From assembly GCA_037142615.1 (NCBI GenBank), contig JBAXAI010000007.1:32001-96000 (forward strand): a stretch of 64,000 nt of DNA, in the 5' to 3' direction. This DNA is from Spirochaetales bacterium (GTDB lineage Bacteria; Spirochaetota; Spirochaetia; JABEVK01). The position numbers and the translations under genes were made by a program. The stretch's first letter is position 1. Every line of letters begins with the position of its first letter. Below, piece after piece: positions 56,280 to 64,000 of this stretch. The notes under the pieces are model-generated. The model worked only from the letters and a program-made list of their open reading frames with translations, was not told the origin of the DNA and made no database searches.

Positions 56280-57584
56280 ATGCTCGTTCCTGTTTCCCGT
56301 TGGCGCGATCTTTCGGCAGCCGACAAGGCCAAACTCCTGCGGCGCTCCGGTCAGGACATCACGGCGGTGTTGCCCGTGGTGCAGGCGATTTTGGACGACG
56401 TGCGCCAGCACGGTGACGCGGCCTTGTGTCGCTACGCGCTGCAGTTCGACAAGGCCCACCTCACCCCGGCTTCTTTGCGCGTCTCCGAGGAGGAATGGGA
56501 GGCGGCCGAGGACCTTCTCACCGAAGAGGTGAAACAGGCGCTCCGGTTCTGCGTCGAAAACGTGCGCAAGGTCCACCTGCCGCAAAAGCCCGAAGGGATG
56601 ACGTGGCAAGAGGTGCGACCGGGCCTGATGGCGGGCGAACGGCCCCTGTCCATCGAGTCGGTGGGCCTGTACGTGCCCCGTGGCCGGGGAAGCTTCCCAT
56701 CGATGGTGTACATGCAAGCGGTTCCGGCCCAAATCGCCGGTGTGCCCCGTATTGTCCTGGTCACCCCACCCCTGGCCGACGGCACCATCGACCCGGCTTG
56801 TCTTTACGCAGCAAGACTTTGCGGTGTCCATGAGGTCTACAAGACCGGGGGATCCCAGGCCATCGCGGCGTTGGCCTACGGCACCGAAGTCATCGCTCCG
56901 GTCGTCAAGGTCAACGGGCCCGGCAGCCAGTACATCGCGGCGGCCAAGCGACTGCTGGCCGGCGTCGTCGATGTCGGGTTGCCCGCGGGGCCTTCCGAAT
57001 CGATGTTGCTCGCCGATGACAGTGCCAAACCGTGGAAGGTCGCACTCGATCTGATGGTCGAGGCCGAGCACGGCAGCGATTCCAGCGTCATCCTGGTGAC
57101 CACCAGCGAGAACCTGGCCCGTCAGAGCGCCCAGTACATCGGCGCCCTGGCCGAAAGTCTACCCGAGCCGCGACGGACCTTCCTCAAGGACGTGTTTTCG
57201 GGCTACGGCGCCATTCTGGTGTGCGAAACCCTCGAGGAAGGCGCGGCCATCGTCAACCAGTTCGCGCCCGAGCACCTGTCGATCCAAACCGAAGAACCGT
57301 TTGAAACGCTCGGACTGATCACCAACGCCAGCGAAATCCTGTTGGGCGAAAACCTGCCGTTCTCGGGGGCCAACTACGCGGCCGGTCCCAACGCCATTCT
57401 GCCCACCGGCGGCGCGGCCAAGACCTTCGGCCCGGTCAGCGTGCGCGATTTCATCAAGTATAACTCCGTGATTTTCGCCACCGGCCGTGGCTACGACGCG
57501 CTCAAAGGTCCTGTGACAACCTTGGCCGACTACGAGGGTTTTCCGGCGCACGCCGACGCGTTCCGCAAGCGTGGAGACAACTAG
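56280..57584 (+). CDS. hisD: Histidinol dehydrogenase
   Basis: GLYVPRG, GGSQAIAALAYGTE, GPG, PAGPSE, EAEHG, FAPEHL. Confidence 0.9.
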   Translation: MLVPVSRWRDLSAADKAKLLRRSGQDITAVLPVVQAILDDVRQHGDAALCRYALQFDKAHLTPASLRVSEEEWEAAEDLLTEEVKQALRFCVENVRKVHLPQKPEGMTWQEVRPGLMAGERPLSIESVGLYVPRGRGSFPSMVYMQAVPAQIAGVPRIVLVTPPLADGTIDPACLYAARLCGVHEVYKTGGSQAIAALAYGTEVIAPVVKVNGPGSQYIAAAKRLLAGVVDVGLPAGPSESMLLADDSAKPWKVALDLMVEAEHGSDSSVILVTTSENLARQSAQYIGALAESLPEPRRTFLKDVFSGYGAILVCETLEEGAAIVNQFAPEHLSIQTEEPFETLGLITNASEILLGENLPFSGANYAAGPNAILPTGGAAKTFGPVSVRDFIKYNSVIFATGRGYDALKGPVTTLADYEGFPAHADAFRKRGDN

Positions 57585-57590
57585 GTCATC

Positions 57591-58940
57591 ATGACCCTCG
57601 CTGAATCGTGGCTGTGGCTGGAACACTTCACCAACCTCGAAAAACTGCCCTCGGCCACCAAGCGAACCTGGCGCTTGGACCGGATGCACGCGCTGTTGTC
57701 GGAACGCGGCCATCCTGAGCGGGCGATGATCGGCGTCCATTTGGCAGGTTCGAAGGGAAAAGGCTCGACGGCGGCCTTCTTGGCCTCGATTTTGACCCAG
57801 GGCGGCTGGTCGACAGGGCTGTATGCCTCGCCGCACGTGGCCGACTGGCGCGAGCGGATCACGCGCAACGGTGAGTTCTTTGCCGAACAAGCCTATACCG
57901 ACACGGTCGCCCGGCTGCGAACCTACTGGGAAACGATGGCGCCCGAGGTTCGCTCACGCTTCATCGACGACTGGGGCGGCGAACCGACCACGTTTGAGTG
58001 GCTGACCCTGGCAGCGTTCGAACTCTTTCGTCACGAGGGGCTCGACGCGCAAGTGCTCGAGACCGGCTTGGGGGGTCGCCTCGACGCCACCAACACGCAG
58101 GTGCCGCTGGCCAGCGTTCTCACCCTGATCGAGCGCGAACATACCGAGATCCTCGGCGACACCCTGCCCCTGATCGCTGCGGAAAAAGCCGGCATTATCA
58201 AGCCGGGGGTGCCGGTTTTCACGGCCCCACAGAGCCTCGAGGTTCTGAACGTGTTCCGCCAGAAGGCCAAGGAGTCGGGTTCGCGACTCTACAGTTTCGA
58301 CGAGGAAATCGACGACCTCGATGTCGGCCTGGAACCCACGGGCACGCGCCTGCTGGTCGAGTTTGCCGACGGGAGCGGAGTGCAGGCCCACCTCCAGGTG
58401 CTCGGGCTGGCGCAAGGGACCAACGCTGCCCTCGCCGCCCTCGTCATCAAAACGCTGGTTGCCGAGGGTTTGCTCCCGCTCAACACCCACCTGACGCTCG
58501 AGGAAGTCCTGAAGCGAGGCTTGGAGACCGTGACGCTGACCGGGCGCATGCAGGTGTTGCAGCACGACCCGTTGGTGGTGGTCGACGGCGCACACACCGC
58601 CCGCTCGGTCCAACTGCTGACCAAATCGTGGAAGCAGTTGTTCGGCGGTGGTACTTTGGTGTTCGGGGCCTTTGCCGGCAAAGACATAGAAGCCATGGTG
58701 GCTTGGCTCGCGCCGGTCTTTTCGCGGGTGGTGGTGACCAAGCCTGGCACTTTCCGGCCCAGCGACCCCGAAGCACTGGCGCAGGCGTTCACAAACGCGT
58801 CCCAGCGTCCCGAAGTGGTCGAAATCGCCGCCAGTCCCGCCGAGGCGCTCGCTTGGGCCCTGAATCTGCCCAACCCCGGCCCCGTGCTGGTCTGCGGGTC
58901 GTTTTACCTGGTGGGCGAGATTCTTAACTCGCGCAAGTAG
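57591..58940 (+). CDS. folC: Folylpolyglutamate synthase/dihydrofolate synthase
   Basis: HLAGSKGKGST, SPH, TTFE, ETGLGGRLDATN, DGAHT, CGSFYLVG. Confidence 0.92.
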   Translation: MTLAESWLWLEHFTNLEKLPSATKRTWRLDRMHALLSERGHPERAMIGVHLAGSKGKGSTAAFLASILTQGGWSTGLYASPHVADWRERITRNGEFFAEQAYTDTVARLRTYWETMAPEVRSRFIDDWGGEPTTFEWLTLAAFELFRHEGLDAQVLETGLGGRLDATNTQVPLASVLTLIEREHTEILGDTLPLIAAEKAGIIKPGVPVFTAPQSLEVLNVFRQKAKESGSRLYSFDEEIDDLDVGLEPTGTRLLVEFADGSGVQAHLQVLGLAQGTNAALAALVIKTLVAEGLLPLNTHLTLEEVLKRGLETVTLTGRMQVLQHDPLVVVDGAHTARSVQLLTKSWKQLFGGGTLVFGAFAGKDIEAMVAWLAPVFSRVVVTKPGTFRPSDPEALAQAFTNASQRPEVVEIAASPAEALAWALNLPNPGPVLVCGSFYLVGEILNSRK

Positions 58941-58952
58941 GCCCCCCGAAGT

Positions 58953-60374
58953 TCAGTTGGCCTTGGTGAACGCCAGCAACTCGGCCTCTTTGGCGCTGTC
59001 GATGAGCCCCATTGCCTTCGCCACGGTGAAGAACTCCTCGATCTGGGCAAACGCATGCAACCGGACGCCCTGAGCGTCCATGTCGCGGCGGCCCTGAACC
59101 CCTCGCTCGAGCAGCACCACCAGGTCCTTCACGACCAGGCCCTCGGCCCGCAGCACGTCGATGGCCTCGAGCTTGCTCTTGCCGGTGGTGATCAGGTCAT
59201 CGAGCAACAGCGCCTTGTCGCCCTTCTTGAACTCGCCTTCCACGTTGTTTCCGGTGCCGTGGGGTTTGGGAGGAATCCGCGGGTAAATCAGCGGAGTCCC
59301 CGTCTGGAGGCTGGCCGCCGTCGCCAAGGGCAAAGCCGCCAAGGGGATGCCCGCCACGCAGTGGAAGTCCAAATCGCGCATCAGTTGAGCGTAGGCCTTG
59401 CCGACCAGCTTGAGCACCTTGGGGTCGCTGGCCACGCGTCGCAGGTCCACGTAGAACGGGCTTTTGAGCCCGCTCTTGAGGATGAACTCGCCGAGTTGGA
59501 AGCACTCGGTGCGGATCAGGCCTTCGAGCACTTTGCGCTTGAGCTTGGTCATGGTGGCAGGATCGCGCAGACGGCGCCCGAGAACCGCAGCCCGTTCCAG
59601 ATTGATCTGATCGCGCAGTTCGGTGGCCTTTTGCGCCGGGTTCTCAGCCTGGGCAATTTCGCGCGACACGTTGACGAGCAGGCCCAGCCCGTCCGCACGG
59701 ATTCCGGCGCTGACAGCACCCTTCACCGTGCCCCCTTGAGCGCCGACGCCGGGCGCCAGAAACCAGGTCTGTGGTAAGGCCTCGCGCAGCAATTCCAAGG
59801 CAGCTTCGTCGTTGCCCGCCACCACCAAGCCGACCCGGCGGTCCCAGCCGGCCGCGATGCGGGCCGCCTTCCGATACAGCGGATCGCCCTTGTGCGGCAG
59901 GTCCTGCAACTCGCCCGCCGACGGATTCGAGGTCCGCGCCAGCACAAACACTCCCTTGCCCTCGTGCTTGAGGAATGGGTCGGCGCTGTCTCGGCCCATC
60001 CAGGGGGCAATGGTCACGCAGCCGACCTTGGGATTGCGAAAACTCGCGCGGGCGTAGGCTTCGGCCGTGGGGCCAATGTCGCCGCGCTTGGCGTCCAGGA
60101 TGACCGGAGTCCCTTCTGGGATGAGCGCCAAGGTTTCCTCGAGCGCCCAGAGGCCTTCCGGGCCCCAGGCTTCGTAAAACGCACTGTTAGGTTTGTACGC
60201 CGCCGCTACCGCTGTGGTGGCCTCAATCAGCGCGCGGTTGGCCGCCACGATGGCCTTGCGGGCCTCCTGCGGGGTCTTGGCTTCGACCCGGGGATCGAGC
60301 CCCACGCACAGCAGGCTGCTCTTCTGCAAGCAAGAAGCTTCCAGTTCGGAAAAGAAATCCGGGGCTGTTTTCAT
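58953..60374 (-). CDS. pyrF: Fused orotidine-5'-phosphate decarboxylase / orotate phosphoribosyltransferase
   Basis: N-terminal CVGLDP, YKPN, DAKRGDIG, LAPGVGAQGG. C-terminal F.LKSG..SPFYVDLR and LLDDLITTG (PRPP binding). Confidence 0.92.
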   Translation of the reverse strand: MKTAPDFFSELEASCLQKSSLLCVGLDPRVEAKTPQEARKAIVAANRALIEATTAVAAAYKPNSAFYEAWGPEGLWALEETLALIPEGTPVILDAKRGDIGPTAEAYARASFRNPKVGCVTIAPWMGRDSADPFLKHEGKGVFVLARTSNPSAGELQDLPHKGDPLYRKAARIAAGWDRRVGLVVAGNDEAALELLREALPQTWFLAPGVGAQGGTVKGAVSAGIRADGLGLLVNVSREIAQAENPAQKATELRDQINLERAAVLGRRLRDPATMTKLKRKVLEGLIRTECFQLGEFILKSGLKSPFYVDLRRVASDPKVLKLVGKAYAQLMRDLDFHCVAGIPLAALPLATAASLQTGTPLIYPRIPPKPHGTGNNVEGEFKKGDKALLLDDLITTGKSKLEAIDVLRAEGLVVKDLVVLLERGVQGRRDMDAQGVRLHAFAQIEEFFTVAKAMGLIDSAKEAELLAFTKAN

Positions 60375-60480
60375 GGCCCTGAGGATAGCGGGGCCGTTGC
60401 CGAGGTGTCAAGGTTGCAGAATTGCTCTTGCCAGTTGACACTCCCCCGGCGAGTCTGGTAGTTTCATCCTTCGTGAATAA

Positions 60481-60554
60481 CGGGCTATAGCGCAGGGGTT
60501 TAGCGCACTAGTCTGGGGGACTAGGGGTCGGCGGTTCAAATCCGCCTAGCCCGA
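60481..60554 (+). tRNA. tRNA-Pro(GGG)
   Basis: CGGGCTA...anticodon arm CTAGT-CTGGGGG-ACTAG, T-arm GGTTCAAATCC, acceptor TAGCCCG-A. TTGACA promoter upstream. Confidence 0.93.
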
Positions 60555-60615
60555 AACAAACACTTCGCGTTTGTTTCCTGGAGGAGCCGCTGTGCGGCCC
60601 CTCACCGATTCGGTG

Positions 60616-60646
60616 ACGCCAATCCGCAGGGGTTGGCGTTTTTTTT
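60616..60646 (+). terminator. Intrinsic terminator after tRNA-Pro
   Basis: GACGCCAATCC-gcag-GGGTTGGCGTT followed by a T-run. Confidence 0.75.
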
Positions 60647-60726
60647 GCAACAGTCAATAGCTTACAAAACTACTCCACATTAGCCGGGTGCTGCGTTATA
60701 CTGCGGGGACACAGGAGGTACGGTCC

Positions 60727-62862
60727 ATGACAACCCGCTTCCGTCTGGCCTTCTTGGCGTCAGCTTGGGCCATGGCTGTGACCCCGCTGCCGTCCCAGAC
60801 GTCACCTTGGGCCCTGACGTTCAACGTCGATCCTTACGTTGTGACGCCTATCGACAAAGCCAGCGACAACACCACCAGTTTGTTCCCCTACGGCCTCGGG
60901 ACGAAGGTCTCGGTCGACTACACGCCTGCCCGGCTCCCGCTGGTCTCGCTGGGCCTCGTGGGCGACTACGCCAAGCTCACCACGCCCGACCCGTCCTTGG
61001 CTGTCTACCTCGCGGGCGGCGGACTTCAACTGGGTCTTAACCTCAAGGTCCTGCCGGCTCTGAGCGTGATCGCGACCGGATCAGGCGGCGTCTTCACGGC
61101 TGGAGTGGCTCCGACGGCCTTTTCGGGCCTAGGTGGATGGATCTCGGCCGGTGCTGGCCTCGGCCTCAACATCGGTGACTTCTTTTCTTTGCACTTCGCT
61201 GCCAACTATCAGGATAACTTCGAGTCGCTGTCGAGATCTCTGTACAGCGGGGCTTCGTACAGCCTTTCGGCCCACTTCATGCCAGCGGGAAATGCTCCGT
61301 TCATTCTCGACACCACCGTTCCAGCGGGCTTTGCAGCCATCCAGCGCGAAAAAAAGGGCGTGAAGCTCGTTGGCCTAAAGACAGACCGCATCTTTCCGGT
61401 GTTCAAAAACTACTACGATGCCAGCCCGGTGGCGCAGGTCATTTTGCACAACTACGATCCTTCCGACGCCCAGAATGTCAGCGTTTCGGCTTTGGTGAAG
61501 GACTACATGAATGGCCCCCGCGACCTTACGGTTCCCGCGACAATTCCTGCCGGCGGCGATGCGAAAATCGACGTGTACACCCTCTTGAACGACCGAGTTC
61601 TGACGATTGCAGAGACGACCAAACTCACGTTGGGGTTCACCGTCAAGTACCGGCAGAACGGGCAAGAATACACGGAGTCGTACGATCCCACCATCGAATC
61701 GCTCTACCGCAACGCCATCACATGGGACGACGACCAGCACGTAGCGGCCTTCATCTCGGCGCGCGACCCAGCAGCCTACGGCTTTGTCCGCGCGCTCGTG
61801 GCAGCCACGCGCGACCAACGCAACCACGCGCTGAGCACCAACCTCCAAACGGCCATGGTGGTCCACGAGGCCCTCAAACAACACGGTTTGATCTACTCCA
61901 AGGTTCCCAGTTCGCCGTTCAATACCGGCGACAAAGTCACCGTCGATACCGTGCAGTTCCCGCAGGAAACGCTGGTCAGCAAGACCGGAGACTGCAGCGA
62001 CCTCACGGTGCTCTGGTGCTCTTTACTCGAGTCGGTGGGCATCGAGACGGCAGCCGTCACCACGCCCGGCCACATCTACATGGCCTTTGCGCTCGAAATC
62101 AGCCCCGAACAGGCCGTGGCGCTGTTGGGCAGCCGCGACCAGTTCCTTCTGCGCGGTGGCAAGGCCTGGGTTCCCGTCGAGACCACGCTGATTTCTGACT
62201 CGTTCATGAACGCCTGGAAGGAAGGGGCCCGTGAGTCCGACCCACTGGTTCAGCCCAGCCTGGGGTTCTACCCGATTCACGACGCGTGGAAGATCTACGC
62301 GCCAGTGGTGGTATCCGGTACAGCCGCGCCGCCCGCGATTCCCTCCGACGCTAAGCTGACCCAGTCCCTCGCCGCCGAACTCGATAGCCTGTACCGTAGC
62401 GAGTTGGAACCGCGCGCTGCCAAACTGAGGGCCGACCTCGCAGCCGGAGGAGCTAATGCCGCCAAGACGACGAGTTCGCTGGCCCTACTCTACGCCCGCT
62501 ACGGCGAGTACGAACAGGCGGCCCAACTTCTGACCGAGCTGACAGCCAAGCAAAGCTACGGACCTGCCTTTGTCAATCTGGGAAATATCTTGTTGCTGCA
62601 GAAGAAATACCCCGAGGCTCTGGCTAGGTTCGACTCGTGGTTGACCATCAACCCCGACGAGGCGCTTGCCGTGGCTGGCGAGGCATTGGCCTACGACGGA
62701 ATGGGCGACCGAGCCAATTCCCAGGCTGCCTTTACGCGCCTGTCGTCCCTCGACAAAAGGCTGGCTGCCAAGTACACCTACCTCGGAGCTGCGGCCAGCG
62801 ACGGTGGCGGGCGGGCCGCCGAGGCGGGCCAACTTGAAAGTGTCGTGGAGTGGAAGGAATGA
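60727..62862 (+). CDS. Exported protein: beta-barrel-like N-terminus, transglutaminase-like core, TPR C-terminus
   Basis: Signal peptide, amphipathic beta strands, GDCSDL...PGHIY (Cys-His), TPR-like helices. Confidence 0.75.
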   Translation: MTTRFRLAFLASAWAMAVTPLPSQTSPWALTFNVDPYVVTPIDKASDNTTSLFPYGLGTKVSVDYTPARLPLVSLGLVGDYAKLTTPDPSLAVYLAGGGLQLGLNLKVLPALSVIATGSGGVFTAGVAPTAFSGLGGWISAGAGLGLNIGDFFSLHFAANYQDNFESLSRSLYSGASYSLSAHFMPAGNAPFILDTTVPAGFAAIQREKKGVKLVGLKTDRIFPVFKNYYDASPVAQVILHNYDPSDAQNVSVSALVKDYMNGPRDLTVPATIPAGGDAKIDVYTLLNDRVLTIAETTKLTLGFTVKYRQNGQEYTESYDPTIESLYRNAITWDDDQHVAAFISARDPAAYGFVRALVAATRDQRNHALSTNLQTAMVVHEALKQHGLIYSKVPSSPFNTGDKVTVDTVQFPQETLVSKTGDCSDLTVLWCSLLESVGIETAAVTTPGHIYMAFALEISPEQAVALLGSRDQFLLRGGKAWVPVETTLISDSFMNAWKEGARESDPLVQPSLGFYPIHDAWKIYAPVVVSGTAAPPAIPSDAKLTQSLAAELDSLYRSELEPRAAKLRADLAAGGANAAKTTSSLALLYARYGEYEQAAQLLTELTAKQSYGPAFVNLGNILLLQKKYPEALARFDSWLTINPDEALAVAGEALAYDGMGDRANSQAAFTRLSSLDKRLAAKYTYLGAAASDGGGRAAEAGQLESVVEWKE

Positions 62863-62865
62863 ACG

Positions 62866-64000
62866 TCACCAGAAACGGGAAATCGAAAGGTCGTAGTTGA
62901 CGGAATAACCGGAGCCGGCCAGGATGTACCCGCGCTGTCCGGCGACGAGGGCTTCGCCGTTGGGTTGCAGGCAGACGGCATTCCACTGATCGAGGGCTCC
63001 CGCACCGGCCCGAAGGACGTACCCGGAGACGCCATTGTAACTGTTATCCAGATTGCCGCTGGGCGTGTAGCGGGTCAGGTTCAGTTGCGTTCCCAAGACA
63101 GAAGCGGCCCCGGAGCTCAGGATCCTCGTCGTACCAGCGACGAGGATCTTTCCTGTCGTAGAGATCGCGACGCTCCGCGGTTCATCCCACTGCACGTTGT
63201 TGGTTACGTTGAACCCAGCAGGAAACGGGTTGGCCAGCGGCAGCCTCTGACCCGTGTACCCAAAAGCAAAACCGCTGGCGCCAAAGTTCGTGTCGAGAGT
63301 GCCCGAAAGGGTCAGGCGACCCACAAGTTGAGGGTGGTCCTTATTCGAGTCGGCCGTCGGAGTTCCGACAAACACGATCTTTCCATCACTCTGGCCGGCG
63401 GCAGCCGTGATGGAAGCTGAGCCGGACTTGACTCCAGCGAAATTCGGCAGACTGACCGACGCGACTCCCGAGTTGCCGTACGTGGTGTCCAGAGTCCCGT
63501 CGGATCGGAATCTCACCGTGTCAACAAACCAGTTAGTTGTGTCGGTCGATGTCATGACGGCCGTCAAAGACCCGTCGGCGTTCAAGACAACGGCGACCGG
63601 GGTCCCGATAATCGCTGTTTCTGTATACCCAGCAGAGCCAAAACTTGCATCCAAGGTGCCATCCGGGGAGTACCTGGCGATGGTCAAGTAAGTGTTGCTG
63701 ACGCCGGCCACGACAATCCGGGCCGACGAGTCGACGACCAGCGAGGTAGCCCTGGAAGGGTCGACCGCGCCAAAACTGTCAAACTTGCGTTCGAGTGACA
63801 TCGCGTCGGCGGCGAAACGGAGCACCGTCCAAACCTGGGTAGTCGAGGTTTGACTTCCCACGTCGGCTGAGTTCATGGTGCCCTCCCAACCGGCCACCAG
63901 GAACTTGTTGTCGGTCTGGACGGCGACGGCGAAGGCATCCGAGGTCAACATGTCGTGTTTACCGCCGGTCAGGTCCTCTTGCGACTCGCGGTAGCGCAGG
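62866..64000 (-). CDS. Delta-60 (DUF5122-type) repeat beta-propeller protein, 5' partial
   Basis: Repeated Q.DGKI.V.G and RY..DGTLD.SFG..G units. Frame is open to the window end. Confidence 0.8.
   Translation of the reverse strand, partial: LRYRESQEDLTGGKHDMLTSDAFAVAVQTDNKFLVAGWEGTMNSADVGSQTSTTQVWTVLRFAADAMSLERKFDSFGAVDPSRATSLVVDSSARIVVAGVSNTYLTIARYSPDGTLDASFGSAGYTETAIIGTPVAVVLNADGSLTAVMTSTDTTNWFVDTVRFRSDGTLDTTYGNSGVASVSLPNFAGVKSGSASITAAAGQSDGKIVFVGTPTADSNKDHPQLVGRLTLSGTLDTNFGASGFAFGYTGQRLPLANPFPAGFNVTNNVQWDEPRSVAISTTGKILVAGTTRILSSGAASVLGTQLNLTRYTPSGNLDNSYNGVSGYVLRAGAGALDQWNAVCLQPNGEALVAGQRGYILAGSGYSVNYDLSISRFW

Overview
GC-rich bacterial chromosome segment. The surface and lipoprotein architectures suggest a spirochaete, but that is inference. 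It has four parts. (1) 1-16.5 kb: a divergent amino-sugar or acetylated-sugar catabolic cluster (GH38 tail, nagA-like, Gfo/Idh/MocA, class III aminotransferase, SIS isomerase, ROK kinase, epimerase-like, MFS-HEAT, O-acetylesterase, nagB-like, 710-aa unknown) with LacI-type operators, then a CbxX-like AAA ATPase and an MFS. (2) 17.9-29.8 kb: a partly decayed ADP-ribose-processing island. It holds NrtR, two ADP-ribosylglycohydrolases (one fused to a STAS-like domain), a vWA-Macro protein, a CX5R phosphatase, DUF1152-like and HD remnants. Six GTGT-N7-ACAC boxes each overlap a sigma70-like promoter. (3) 30573-53986: a 23.4-kb element integrated at the 3' end of tRNA-Cys (22-bp att duplication, tyrosine integrase, excisionase, arm-type repeats), with no capsid or conjugation genes. 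It carries a Bet/Gam/SSB/RadC module, BrnTA, a D5-like ATPase and a defence operon: type III-like Res, Mod, a three-gene cassette (TIGR04255-like, OB-like, metallo-beta-lactamase-fold hydrolase) and a RelE-like/UvrD helicase that apparently starts at CTG. (4) 54-64 kb: housekeeping and envelope genes (hisD, folC, fused pyrF-pyrE, tRNA-Pro, TPR/transglutaminase-like, beta-propeller). The best novelty candidates are the three-gene MBL cassette inside the RM operon and the NrtR-controlled ADP-ribose repair regulon. All family assignments come from motif recognition by eye; no database was searched.
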